From assembly GCA_047601445.1 (NCBI GenBank), contig JASGJH010000001.1:3104001-3168000 (forward strand): a DNA stretch of 64,000 nucleotides, written 5' to 3'. This stretch comes from Myxococcales bacterium (lineage in GTDB: Bacteria; Myxococcota_A; Polyangia; Polyangiales; DASUME01). This document shows, piece by piece, positions 31,688 through 40,699 of this stretch (position 1 is its first letter; every line of letters begins with the position of its first letter). The position numbers and the translations under genes are program-made. The notes beneath the pieces were generated by a model that saw only the letters and a program-made list of their open reading frames with translations, was not told where the DNA came from and searched no databases.

Positions 31688-32020
31688 CTAGGCTACCTGC
31701 TCGGCGATCTGCTGGAGCAAAGGTTCCAACTCTTCCTGCACGTCGTCAAACTGGACCGCGATGCGATTGGGCCAGGCCCCCTCGGGATCCTCGGGGTTGG
31801 CCTCCAGGCGGACTACCTTCCCCTCGAGCTCGTAGCTCTCGCCCTTGGGCGGCACCGCGAAGCTCACCTTCACGCGCTCGCCGGGTTCGAGGTTCGCGGG
31901 GGACGCCAGGAGCACTCCGCCGGCACCGACGTTGTGCGTAATGGCGAAGGCCCCGCCCGAACTGGTGCTCAGCTGGACAGGGAACCAGACCTGATAGCGG
32001 TTGAGTTTTCGGCGCTCCAC
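31688..32020 (-). CDS. PilZ domain protein
   Basis: RRKLNR (RxxxR) and NVGAGG motifs. Confidence 0.8.
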   Translation of the reverse strand: MERRKLNRYQVWFPVQLSTSSGGAFAITHNVGAGGVLLASPANLEPGERVKVSFAVPPKGESYELEGKVVRLEANPEDPEGAWPNRIAVQFDDVQEELEPLLQQIAEQVA

Positions 32021-32128
32021 GCCAGGCAGGATACACGACTTCGGCCAGAAACGGGTCGAACCCTCCGCGCAAGCACTGCCCCGGTCAATACCTTGGCGTC
32101 TCGCGGTAGGAGGAGGTGGGACTCGAGC

Positions 32129-33556
32129 TCAAGCGCCGAGGCGGGCGCGCCGCGCCGCCAGGATCTTCGCGAAGGAACGCAGCCCGATTTCCTCTTTGGT
32201 CAGCCCGGTTTGCGCCATGTCGTCGAGGTCGATGGCGCCGCAGTTCAGGGCCCGCAGGAAGTAGTTCAAGAGCCCCTGTCCGGTGGCCGCGTCGTCGAAT
32301 ACATCGCCCACCAAGGTCGCCTGGGCGGCCTTCTCCACGAAGTTGCGCAGGCGCTCGGCGGCCTGCGCGAAGCCCTCCAAGAAGAAGGCGAAGCAGCTGG
32401 CGTAGCGCACGGGCAGTTGGACGGGGTGCAGGTCCCAGCCCTGGTAGAAGCCGCCCACGAGCGAGTGCCGGATGTGCCGGTGGGCGAGCTGCCAGGCGGC
32501 GTGCACCACGGCGCGGTTCTCCTCCTGCTCCACGGGGCTGAGCTGGGTCCCCTTGTGGGGCCCCACGGGCATCACGTTGGTGGCGCCGTCGGAGAGGAAG
32601 ATGCCGGTGCCCGCATAGGCGAGCATCATCATGCCCTTGGCGAGATCACACCATGGATGCGCCATGGTCTGATGGGCAGCTGTGATGTTGCAGGACGCAG
32701 TGAAGTCGTAGGTGCCGAAGTGGGCGGCCACGCAGCGGCCCTCGGCTGCCTCGAGAAAGCCAGGCAGCGGAGAGCGGCCGTCGGGTCCCAGCAAGGCCTG
32801 GGTGACCTCGATCATCAGCTCCATCTTGAGCGTGCCGCTCGCCAGGCCGTGGCGCTGCTCGAGCAGCTCGAACAGACGCACCAGCGCGCGCGGCTGCGCG
32901 GCCAGCGTGATCTTCGGCAAGGTCACGACGAAGTTCTCGGGCAGGCGCCCACCGGTCTGCGAAAGCAGGTTCTCGAGGAAGATCTCGAGCGTGCGCGCGC
33001 CGCGTGCCTTCCACTCTTCTCCGAACGATTTGATGCGGATGCCCAGGAACGGCGGCAACGTCCCCTGACGCATGCCGAGCGCCACCTCGAAGGCAGCCTC
33101 CTTGGCGACCCGGTCCTCCTCGGGGTCCGGGCGCGCGCCGAAGCCGTCTTCGAAATCGATGCGGAAATCTTCCACTGCCTCGCGCTCGAGCTTGCGCAGC
33201 ACGCGCTCGTAGACCGTCAACGCCAGCCACGCCGAAGGGTGCTCGCCGCGCAGGGCGCCTGGGTCGCGCTCGTAGAGGGCCGTGAAGGCCGACAGACGGC
33301 TGCGATCCACCGCGTGGGACGCGATGAAGCCCACGCCGTAAGCGAACTCGAGCGGGTGCCTGCCATAGGACTCCATGCTGCGCAGGGCGAGCTCTCCCAG
33401 GCGCTGCGTGGTGTCGGCCTTGTAAAGCTGGGCGCCGCCGTACACCGTGTGCACTGGCTGACGCGCCGAGCTCTCACCCGGGTAGCGCTGCATGAACGCG
33501 CGGTTCTCTCGTCCGAGTTCGGAAAGCGCCGCGTTGCCTGCGTCCAGAATGCTCAT
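32129..33556 (-). CDS. DUF6986-type HpcH/HpaI aldolase-citrate lyase family protein
   Basis: RQPVHTVYGGA, DFRIDFEDG, LPK, MIE, HFGTYD, YQGWDLHP. Confidence 0.72.
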   Translation of the reverse strand: MSILDAGNAALSELGRENRAFMQRYPGESSARQPVHTVYGGAQLYKADTTQRLGELALRSMESYGRHPLEFAYGVGFIASHAVDRSRLSAFTALYERDPGALRGEHPSAWLALTVYERVLRKLEREAVEDFRIDFEDGFGARPDPEEDRVAKEAAFEVALGMRQGTLPPFLGIRIKSFGEEWKARGARTLEIFLENLLSQTGGRLPENFVVTLPKITLAAQPRALVRLFELLEQRHGLASGTLKMELMIEVTQALLGPDGRSPLPGFLEAAEGRCVAAHFGTYDFTASCNITAAHQTMAHPWCDLAKGMMMLAYAGTGIFLSDGATNVMPVGPHKGTQLSPVEQEENRAVVHAAWQLAHRHIRHSLVGGFYQGWDLHPVQLPVRYASCFAFFLEGFAQAAERLRNFVEKAAQATLVGDVFDDAATGQGLLNYFLRALNCGAIDLDDMAQTGLTKEEIGLRSFAKILAARRARLGA

Positions 33557-33599
33557 CGACTCGCCCTCTTTGCTTGGGTTCGCGTTGCTCGGGTGGCCC

Positions 33600-33950
33600 T
33601 CAACTTCCCCGATAGGTGGAATACCCGTAGGGGCTCAAGAGCAAGGGAATGTGGTAGTGGCCGTTGGGGTCCTCCACCCGAAACAAGATCTCCACGTGCG
33701 GATAGAACTCGCTCTGGTGGGTGGCTCGCAGGTAGCTCGCGGTCTCGAAGCGCAGCCGGTAGAGGCCGACGCGCAATGCGCCGATTTCTCCGGCGGCGCC
33801 GAGGAAATCGGTGACGCGTCCCTGGGCATTGGTGGTGTGCTGCGCGAGCAGCACGAACTCACCGGCCTCGTCGCGCGCGAGGCTCACGGCGAGCCCGCTC
33901 GCCGGGCGTCCGAGAGTGGTGTCGAGCACGTGGGTGGTGATGCCGCTCAT
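33600..33950 (-). CDS. uraH: 5-hydroxyisourate hydrolase
   Basis: ITTHVLD, HYHIPLLLSPYGYSTYRGS. Confidence 0.95.
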   Translation of the reverse strand: MSGITTHVLDTTLGRPASGLAVSLARDEAGEFVLLAQHTTNAQGRVTDFLGAAGEIGALRVGLYRLRFETASYLRATHQSEFYPHVEILFRVEDPNGHYHIPLLLSPYGYSTYRGS

Positions 33951-34459
33951 GGGCCGAGCTTCTCCAGTCTGAGTGCGGTGATCTTGGCCTGCTCTTCGGC
34001 GGCCACCTCCAGCTCGCGCCCACGCTCGTGGGGCAGGCGCGCGCGCAGCAACGCAAGCATCTCGGGGGCGCTCTTGCCGGTGGCGCACACGATGAAGAGG
34101 AAGCCGAAGCGTTGCTTGTAGGCCAGGTTTCCGTCGCGCAGGGCGGCGAGGGTCTGTTCACTCGCTCCGTTCACGCCAGCCTGCTCGGCATTCGACCACT
34201 GGGCGGAGGAGGCGAACTTTTCGCGCAGCTTGGCGAGGTCGGCGCCGATCTCGGGGTGCTGCGCAAAGGCCTCCAGGTAGTCCTGCTCGGAGAGCTCACG
34301 CCACAGGTCGCGCGCCAGCTCGTGGAGTTCGGCATCCGACGCGAAGGGCCTGCGCGCGAGCATGCCTTGTACCCAGCGCTCGGATCCGCAGCAGCGGAAG
34401 AGCTCCGCATGGGCCCGTTCCGGCGCGAGCGTGTTCAGATAACGACTGGGGTTAGCCAT
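33947..34459 (-). CDS. uraD: OHCU decarboxylase
   Basis: AFAQHPEIG, SNAEQAG, YKQRFGFLFIVCA, EQAKITALRL. Confidence 0.93.
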   Translation of the reverse strand: MANPSRYLNTLAPERAHAELFRCCGSERWVQGMLARRPFASDAELHELARDLWRELSEQDYLEAFAQHPEIGADLAKLREKFASSAQWSNAEQAGVNGASEQTLAALRDGNLAYKQRFGFLFIVCATGKSAPEMLALLRARLPHERGRELEVAAEEQAKITALRLEKLGP

Positions 34460-35510
34460 CGCGCGTGCCCCAGACGCGGAGACGGCTCACGCCGCCATCG
34501 GGAAAAATGTTGAGCCGCAGGTGCGTCGCAGGGGCGCCCGCGGGGAGCGCGAAGAAATTGCGCGTGCTCGCCTGCAGCTTGCTCTCGGGCAGGAGCTCGC
34601 GGAAGTCGGCGCTGCGGATGAGCTCGGTGATGCGCGGAGTGCCGGCAGCGCAATCGACGAGCTCGATGGAGCAGCGGTCGGGATAGTTGCCCTTGAAGTG
34701 GTTGGTGTCGACTTCGATGAACCTGGGCGTACCGCGCGTGGCGAGCTTGACGAGGATCCAATCGTGCCCGGGTTGACGCTTGCGTCGGGTCTCCCAGCCG
34801 CCACCCATGTTCTCCGCGCGACCCGGCAAGAGCAGATTGTTCATGGGCCCGAAGAACGCGTCGGAGCAAGCCAAGGCCAGGGCACCATTCTTGAGGGCTG
34901 CCAGATCGACCCACTCGGGAGCCACTTGGGCGCGCGTCTCGGCGTCGCGTTCGGTGGGGTCCGCGCTCGCGCCGGCGATCGACCACCAGGGAAGCACGCG
35001 CCCATAGACGCGGAAGCGCGCCACGCCACCATCGGGGAAGATGTGCAGCCTCACGTGGCTCACTGGCTCCGCGCCGGAACGGCGGGCGAGAAAGAAATTT
35101 TGCGAGTCGGGACGCAACGGCGACTGCGGCAAGAGCTCGTGCCAGGTCATGGCTTCGAGCTCCGCGTAGGACGCGCCCCGCGGCGCGCACAAGCCCTCCA
35201 CGGCCGCGAAGGGAGGGTGATTGCCGACGAAGTGATGGGTGTCGACGTCGAAGGCTGCGACCTCGCCGAGCGCACCGAGCTCGATGGCGCAGGAGTCGTG
35301 ACCGGGCACGCGCTTGCGCCGACTCTCCCAGCCGTCCATCCACTTGCCGCGCTCCGTGAACTTGCCCTCGATGAACACGCCGCGTCCGGGCTGCAGCATG
35401 TTCTCCATGCCAGCGAAGAAGTCGTCGCTGCAGCCGAGTGCACGACCGCCGAAGTCAGCCGCCGCCAAATCCACCAGACCGAAGAAGCTCGCGCTCGGGG
35501 TCGGGTTCAC
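34452..35510 (-). CDS. alc: Allantoicase
   Basis: Two repeats with DGWESRRKR/GWETRRKR, DTHHF/DTNHF, FPDGGVARFR/FPDGGVSRLR. Confidence 0.95.
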   Translation of the reverse strand: MNPTPSASFFGLVDLAAADFGGRALGCSDDFFAGMENMLQPGRGVFIEGKFTERGKWMDGWESRRKRVPGHDSCAIELGALGEVAAFDVDTHHFVGNHPPFAAVEGLCAPRGASYAELEAMTWHELLPQSPLRPDSQNFFLARRSGAEPVSHVRLHIFPDGGVARFRVYGRVLPWWSIAGASADPTERDAETRAQVAPEWVDLAALKNGALALACSDAFFGPMNNLLLPGRAENMGGGWETRRKRQPGHDWILVKLATRGTPRFIEVDTNHFKGNYPDRCSIELVDCAAGTPRITELIRSADFRELLPESKLQASTRNFFALPAGAPATHLRLNIFPDGGVSRLRVWGTRDG

Positions 35511-36862
35511 GCGACATCTCCTCGGTGCAAGAGCAACTCACCTCGCGGCGTCTCTGGATGCGATCGACCGTCGAACACCATGTTCCCCCTCAGCCAGGTC
35601 TCGTGGATGGTACCGCGCAAGGTCTTGCCCACGTAGGGCGACAAACGATGCTTGAAGAACAACTGCTCGGCGCTCACCGTGCGCTCGGCCTCGGGATCCC
35701 AGATCACGAAGTCGGCGTCATGCCCCACGGCGATGGCCCCCTTGCGCGCGCTCAATCCCGCGAAGCGCGCAGGCTCGCGGCTCATCCAGCGCGCCAGCTG
35801 CTGCAAGCTCGCACCGCGCGCGGCAGCTTCGGTCCACACCGTGGAGAGCCCGAGCTGGAGGGATGCGATGCCGCCCCAGGCCGCCTGGAAATCCCCGCGC
35901 TCGGGGAGCTTGAGGGCTGGTGTGCACGGACTGTGATCGGTGATCACGAAGTCGATGACGCCCTCGAACAAGGCGCTCCACAAGCCCTCGCAGTTTTCGC
36001 GCTCCCGGATGGGCGGCGCGCATTTGAAATGCGTCGCGCCGTCCGGGATGGACTCGGCGTGGAGACACAGATAGTGGGGACAAGTCTCGACGCTGATGGG
36101 CAGCCCCTCGGCCTTGGCCGCCCGGAGCATGGGCACTGCGCTCGCAGAGGACAGATGCACTACGTGCACGCGGCAACCGGTCTCGCGGCACAGTTCGATC
36201 AAGAGCGCGATGGCAGCGTCTTCCCAGGCGCGCGGGCGCGAGGCGAGGTAACCGTGATAGGCGCGCGGATCGGCATGTCCACTCGGCTCTACGTCCGCCC
36301 CCAAATCGAGCTCGGCGTGGGCGAGCAACGGCAGCCCCAGCTCCCGCAGCAGGGGCAGCGCCACGCGCAAATCAGCCGCGCTGGCGTTGGGAAACTCGTC
36401 GATGCCCGAGTGCACCATGAATGCCTTGCAACCGAGGGCTCCGGCGGCGCGCAGACCGGCGAGCTCCTGCTGGTTGCCCGGCACGACGCCGCCCCAAAAT
36501 CCGACGTCCACCATGCACTGACCGGCGGCCGCGGCGAGCTTGAGCTCCAGCGCAGCGCGCGTGGTGGTCACGGGCAAGCAGTTTAGGGGCATATCGATCA
36601 GCGTGGTGACGCCGCCGGCTGCGGCCGCCTTGGTGCCGGTCTCGAAGCCTTCCCACTCGGTGCGGCCGGGCTCATTCAGGTGCACGTGGCAATCCACGAG
36701 TCCCGGCGAGATGGCGAGCCCTCCCACATCGCGCGCGTGCGCGTGCGGGCTCTCGTGCTCGATGATCTCGGTGAAGCGACCGCCCTCCACCACCAGGCTG
36801 GCCGGCCGGGTGCCGTCCGGAAACACCACGCGACGACTGAACCAGGCCTGGGTCACGCTCAA
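35507..36862 (-). CDS. allB: Allantoinase (metal-dependent)
   Basis: DCHVHLNEPGRTEWEGF, DMPLN, ETCPHYL, KCAPPIR, TDHSP. Start is TTG 36862 or GTG 36856. Confidence 0.93.
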   Translation of the reverse strand: MSVTQAWFSRRVVFPDGTRPASLVVEGGRFTEIIEHESPHAHARDVGGLAISPGLVDCHVHLNEPGRTEWEGFETGTKAAAAGGVTTLIDMPLNCLPVTTTRAALELKLAAAAGQCMVDVGFWGGVVPGNQQELAGLRAAGALGCKAFMVHSGIDEFPNASAADLRVALPLLRELGLPLLAHAELDLGADVEPSGHADPRAYHGYLASRPRAWEDAAIALLIELCRETGCRVHVVHLSSASAVPMLRAAKAEGLPISVETCPHYLCLHAESIPDGATHFKCAPPIRERENCEGLWSALFEGVIDFVITDHSPCTPALKLPERGDFQAAWGGIASLQLGLSTVWTEAAARGASLQQLARWMSREPARFAGLSARKGAIAVGHDADFVIWDPEAERTVSAEQLFFKHRLSPYVGKTLRGTIHETWLRGNMVFDGRSHPETPRGELLLHRGDVA

Positions 36863-38283
36863 AACTCCTTCTCGGCATAGCTGCACAGGCTCTCGAAGTG
36901 GGCTTCCTTGTCCTCGAGGAAGAACGAGCGCGTGATGCCCGCCACCAGACGCGGCACCGAATACTTCATGCCCGAGATGCTGGCGCCGCCGAAGCCGAGA
37001 CTCAGCAAGCAACCGAAGGTGTAGTTGTAGAGATAGGCGAGGTGGGGCGCCGCGCCAGGCTCACGCTCGCAGAACTCGAAGTTCGGACCCAAGTAGGGAT
37101 GGCGGGAGAGCTCCGCGTTGGCGTCGCTGGCGCTCGGCGTGAAGCGGTCGGCCCAGCGCGCGATGGAGGGTGCGAGCTCGCGTAGCTCGTCGCGCAAACC
37201 GAGGTCGGTGACGAAGCCGGTACCGACGATCAAGAAATCACTTTCGAAGGCGCCGTGCTGGGTCTCGAGCACGATGGCGTCGCCACGCAATGCGATGCGT
37301 TGTAGCTCGCTGCCTGGATGCAGGTGAAAGCTCGGCCATTGCTGAGCGCGCAGGAAGGTGTCGCGGGGCGGCAGCTGCCCCATGCGCATGATCTGGGAGA
37401 TGAAGCGCCACTTGTAGTCGTCGGGCAGGTCCCCGAAGTGCTTCAAGAAGCCCACGAACTCGGCCCAGCGATAGGGATTCACGGAGACCAGCTCGCTGCG
37501 TCGGAAGAACATCCGCGCTTCGCGTGCCCCGAGCTCGAGCGCCGTGGCCGCGTTGTCGAACGCCGAGGCACCTGCCCCCCAAACCGCCACTCGCTTGCCG
37601 CGCAAGGCGTCGAAGTCGATGGGCTGCGAGGTATGTGCATAGTGGCTGGTGGGCAGACCGTGCGTGACCTGTGCCGGTACCTCCCACCGTCCCGATCCTT
37701 CGATGCCCGTCGCCAGCACCACGCGCCGCGCCAATAGCTCACGGCTTCCGCCGGCGTCGCGACAAGGCACGCGAAAGGCGCGCTCGGCCGTATCCCAGCG
37801 CAGCGCACCCACCTTGGTCTCCGGGCGCACCGGAATCTCGAGCGTGCGCCGGAACCAACTCAAGTAGTGCGCCCAGGCTTCCTTGGGCAAAAGCCCGAGA
37901 GCATCCCAGCTGTGCTTCCCGAATTGAGCTTCGTACCAGGCGCGCGGCGTGAGGCTCGGCACGCCCAGATCGGGCCCCGTGAGGTGCTTGGGCGTGCGCA
38001 AGGTGCGCATGCGGGCGAAGTTCAGCCAGGGCCCGGCGCGATCGAGGGGGTTCTCGTCCACCACCAGCAAGTTGTCGATGCGTTCGCGCATGAGCCCGAA
38101 GGCCAGCGCGAGTCCGCTCTGCCCCGCGCCCACGATCAGCACGTCGAGGATGGGATCGCCCGCTTGACTCCGACGAGAGAGCACACCGCTTCGGCTGGGA
38201 TAGCCGAGCAGCAGCAAGTCCTCGCGAACGCGGGCAGCGAGCTCGTCGAGCGATGCCTCGCTCGCCATGACCGGGCCCGTCAT
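36859..38283 (-). CDS. hpyO: FAD-dependent urate hydroxylase, HpyO-like
   Basis: GAGQSG FAD motif, GPW..FARMRTLRTPK, GAGASAFDNA. Context within the urate pathway, which has no uricase. Confidence 0.78.
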   Translation of the reverse strand: MTGPVMASEASLDELAARVREDLLLLGYPSRSGVLSRRSQAGDPILDVLIVGAGQSGLALAFGLMRERIDNLLVVDENPLDRAGPWLNFARMRTLRTPKHLTGPDLGVPSLTPRAWYEAQFGKHSWDALGLLPKEAWAHYLSWFRRTLEIPVRPETKVGALRWDTAERAFRVPCRDAGGSRELLARRVVLATGIEGSGRWEVPAQVTHGLPTSHYAHTSQPIDFDALRGKRVAVWGAGASAFDNAATALELGAREARMFFRRSELVSVNPYRWAEFVGFLKHFGDLPDDYKWRFISQIMRMGQLPPRDTFLRAQQWPSFHLHPGSELQRIALRGDAIVLETQHGAFESDFLIVGTGFVTDLGLRDELRELAPSIARWADRFTPSASDANAELSRHPYLGPNFEFCEREPGAAPHLAYLYNYTFGCLLSLGFGGASISGMKYSVPRLVAGITRSFFLEDKEAHFESLCSYAEKEF

Positions 38284-39131
38284 TCGTGGCCCTCCGAGCG
38301 CGCGAGCAGGGCCCGAAAGCGTGGGTCGTCCACCGCCCGCATGTGGCGCGTGCCCGGGCCTGACCGACCGCGTCGCACGGCGATCAGCTCGGCCATGACG
38401 CTGACCGCGATCTCTTCGGGTCCGACCGCGCCGATGTCGAGCCCCACGGGCGCGAACACGCGCTCGAGCGCGCGCTCATCGAGCACCACACGTTGGCGCA
38501 CCGCGATACGCTCGAGCAGCCGAAAGACCTTGCGGCGACTTCCCACCAGCCCGATGTAGCCGGCTTGCGTTTCGAGCGCCCGCTCGAGGACGCTCTCGTC
38601 GAGGTGATGGTCATGGGTGGCCACCAGCACGAAGTCGCGCGTGCCTGGCGCCACACGCCGCAGCGCGCTCGCCGGATCGGTGCACTCGCGCGTGCAGGCA
38701 GGGAAACGTGCCTCGTTGTTGAGCTCCTCGCGCTCGTCGATGACGGTGACACCAAACCCCACCGCGCGCGCCAGGCCGGCGATGTGGAACGCCACGTGAC
38801 CCGCTCCGCACAGAACGAGACGCGGCGCGTAGCCGATGGCCTCCACGAAGATTTCCATGCGCCCACCACAGCACATGGCCAAGTCCTGTCCCAGCTCGCG
38901 TACCAGGAGCTCGGAGCCGCCGCTTTCGCGCGCCTTTTGCAGCGCTGCCAGCACCGCTTGTTCGATGGCGCCGCCGCCGACGGTGCCCAGGGTGCTGTCG
39001 TCCGGCAAGAGCAACATGCGCGCACCCGGCTTTTGCGGGGTGGAGCCGGCGACTCGCACGACGGTGGCGAGCGCTCCTGTTTGACCTTGGGTCAAGAGCT
39101 CTAGCAGGGCCTCCGCGACGTCCCTTTGCAC
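38280..39131 (-). CDS. xdhC: Xanthine dehydrogenase accessory protein
   Basis: GSTP..GARM, GTVGGG, MCCGG, GAGHV, YIGLVGS, PVGLDIG. Confidence 0.9.
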   Translation of the reverse strand: MQRDVAEALLELLTQGQTGALATVVRVAGSTPQKPGARMLLLPDDSTLGTVGGGAIEQAVLAALQKARESGGSELLVRELGQDLAMCCGGRMEIFVEAIGYAPRLVLCGAGHVAFHIAGLARAVGFGVTVIDEREELNNEARFPACTRECTDPASALRRVAPGTRDFVLVATHDHHLDESVLERALETQAGYIGLVGSRRKVFRLLERIAVRQRVVLDERALERVFAPVGLDIGAVGPEEIAVSVMAELIAVRRGRSGPGTRHMRAVDDPRFRALLARSEGHE

Positions 39132-39220
39132 CCTTCTACGTTACGCTTTTCGCGCGCTTGCGAGGGACCAAATCAGCTTAAGGCTGCCGGTTAAACGCGC
39201 CTCATTGTATGCTGCCGAAT

Positions 39221-40699
39221 ATGGCCGTGCGCTTCGTCTTGAACGGCAAGCCCGCCCAGCTGGGAGAGGTCGACCCACACCTCAACCTCTTGACCTGGCT
39301 GCGAGAGGCTGGCTTTACGGGTAGCAAAGAGGGCTGCGCCGAAGGCGAATGCGGTGCCTGCGCGGTTGCGCTTGTCGAGGCCAGCATGGAGCCCGGCGCG
39401 GAGCCGCATGACGGGCATGTTTCAAGGCTCGTTCCGGTCAATAGCTGTCTCTTGCCCATCGGTGCCGTGGTGGGGCGCGAGCTCGTCAGCGTGGAAGGCG
39501 TGGCGGACAGCGACGGTCGCTTGCATCCGGTTCAGGAAGCCATGGTGCAGGGCGGCGGCTCGCAATGTGGTTATTGCACGCCGGGCTTCGTGATCAGTCT
39601 GTACTGCGAGTATCACCGTCCCGAGCGCGTGGGCTTCGACGACGAGTGCCTCAGCGGCAACCTGTGCCGCTGCACGGGCTACCGCCCCATGCGCGACGTG
39701 GCCAGGGCGCTGGCTGGGACACGCCCGAGCGATCCCCGCCTGCCCATCCTGGATCAAACGCCTCCAGTCGCACCACGCGTCGATCTCGTGTGGTCGGGTG
39801 CGCCCTCGCGCGCAGAGGCCCCGGCGCGCTTCCTGCGGCCGCTCGAACTCCACGAAGTGTTCTCGGCCCTCGAGGCCGAGCCTGAGGCCCGCGTCATCGC
39901 CGGCGGCACCGACTTGATGGTCGACGTGAACCAGCGCGACTTGAGGGCCCCCCTGTGGATCTCCCTCGAGGGGCTCTCGGAGCTCATGCACCTGCGGAGC
40001 ACCGCCACGCATTTCGATCTCGGTGCGGGCCGCTCCCTCAGCAGCATCGAAGCGTGGCTGCAGCGCGCGCATCCGGGCGAACTGCCGCTGCTCGAGCAGC
40101 TGATGCCGCTGTTCGCCTCGCCGCTCATCCGCAACCGCGCCACGCTCGGCGGCAGCTTGGTCACCGCTTCCCCCATCGGCGATCCCGCGCCCGTGCTGTT
40201 GGCCTTGGATGCCGAGCTCGTGCTGCGAAGCGCGCGGGGCGAACGCCACGTGCCTCTGTCGGAGTTCTTCCAGGGTTATCGTCGCTCGGCCCTCACGCCG
40301 GGTGAGCTCGTCGCCAGCGTGCGCATTCCGCGCAGCCCGTCCGCCGGGTCCCGAGCCTCCGTCCAACGCTTCTACAAAGTCAGCAAGCGCATCACCGACG
40401 ACATCTCCACTGTGGCCGGGGCTTTCCTGCTCGAGCGCGACGACGCCGACCGTATCACGCGCCTGCGGCTAGCCTACGCCGGCATCGCCGCGACGCCGCT
40501 GATGGCGGTTCAAGCTCAGCGAGCTGCGCTCGGGCGCCCATGGGATCCAGCGACGCGTGCCCAGGTGCTCGAGCAACTCGTCGCCCTCGGGAGCCCCATC
40601 GACGACAGACGTGGTAGCGCCGCCTACCGCAAGGCCATGATCACCAGCTTGTTCGAGCGTTTTTGCGCCGAAGTCGACAGCCTGGGGAGCGCGCCATGA
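39221..40699 (+). CDS. xdhA: Xanthine dehydrogenase small subunit (2Fe-2S + FAD)
   Basis: KEGCAEGECGAC, QCGYCTPG, GNLCRCTGY, AGGTDL, FASPLIRN. Confidence 0.93.
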   Translation: MAVRFVLNGKPAQLGEVDPHLNLLTWLREAGFTGSKEGCAEGECGACAVALVEASMEPGAEPHDGHVSRLVPVNSCLLPIGAVVGRELVSVEGVADSDGRLHPVQEAMVQGGGSQCGYCTPGFVISLYCEYHRPERVGFDDECLSGNLCRCTGYRPMRDVARALAGTRPSDPRLPILDQTPPVAPRVDLVWSGAPSRAEAPARFLRPLELHEVFSALEAEPEARVIAGGTDLMVDVNQRDLRAPLWISLEGLSELMHLRSTATHFDLGAGRSLSSIEAWLQRAHPGELPLLEQLMPLFASPLIRNRATLGGSLVTASPIGDPAPVLLALDAELVLRSARGERHVPLSEFFQGYRRSALTPGELVASVRIPRSPSAGSRASVQRFYKVSKRITDDISTVAGAFLLERDDADRITRLRLAYAGIAATPLMAVQAQRAALGRPWDPATRAQVLEQLVALGSPIDDRRGSAAYRKAMITSLFERFCAEVDSLGSAP

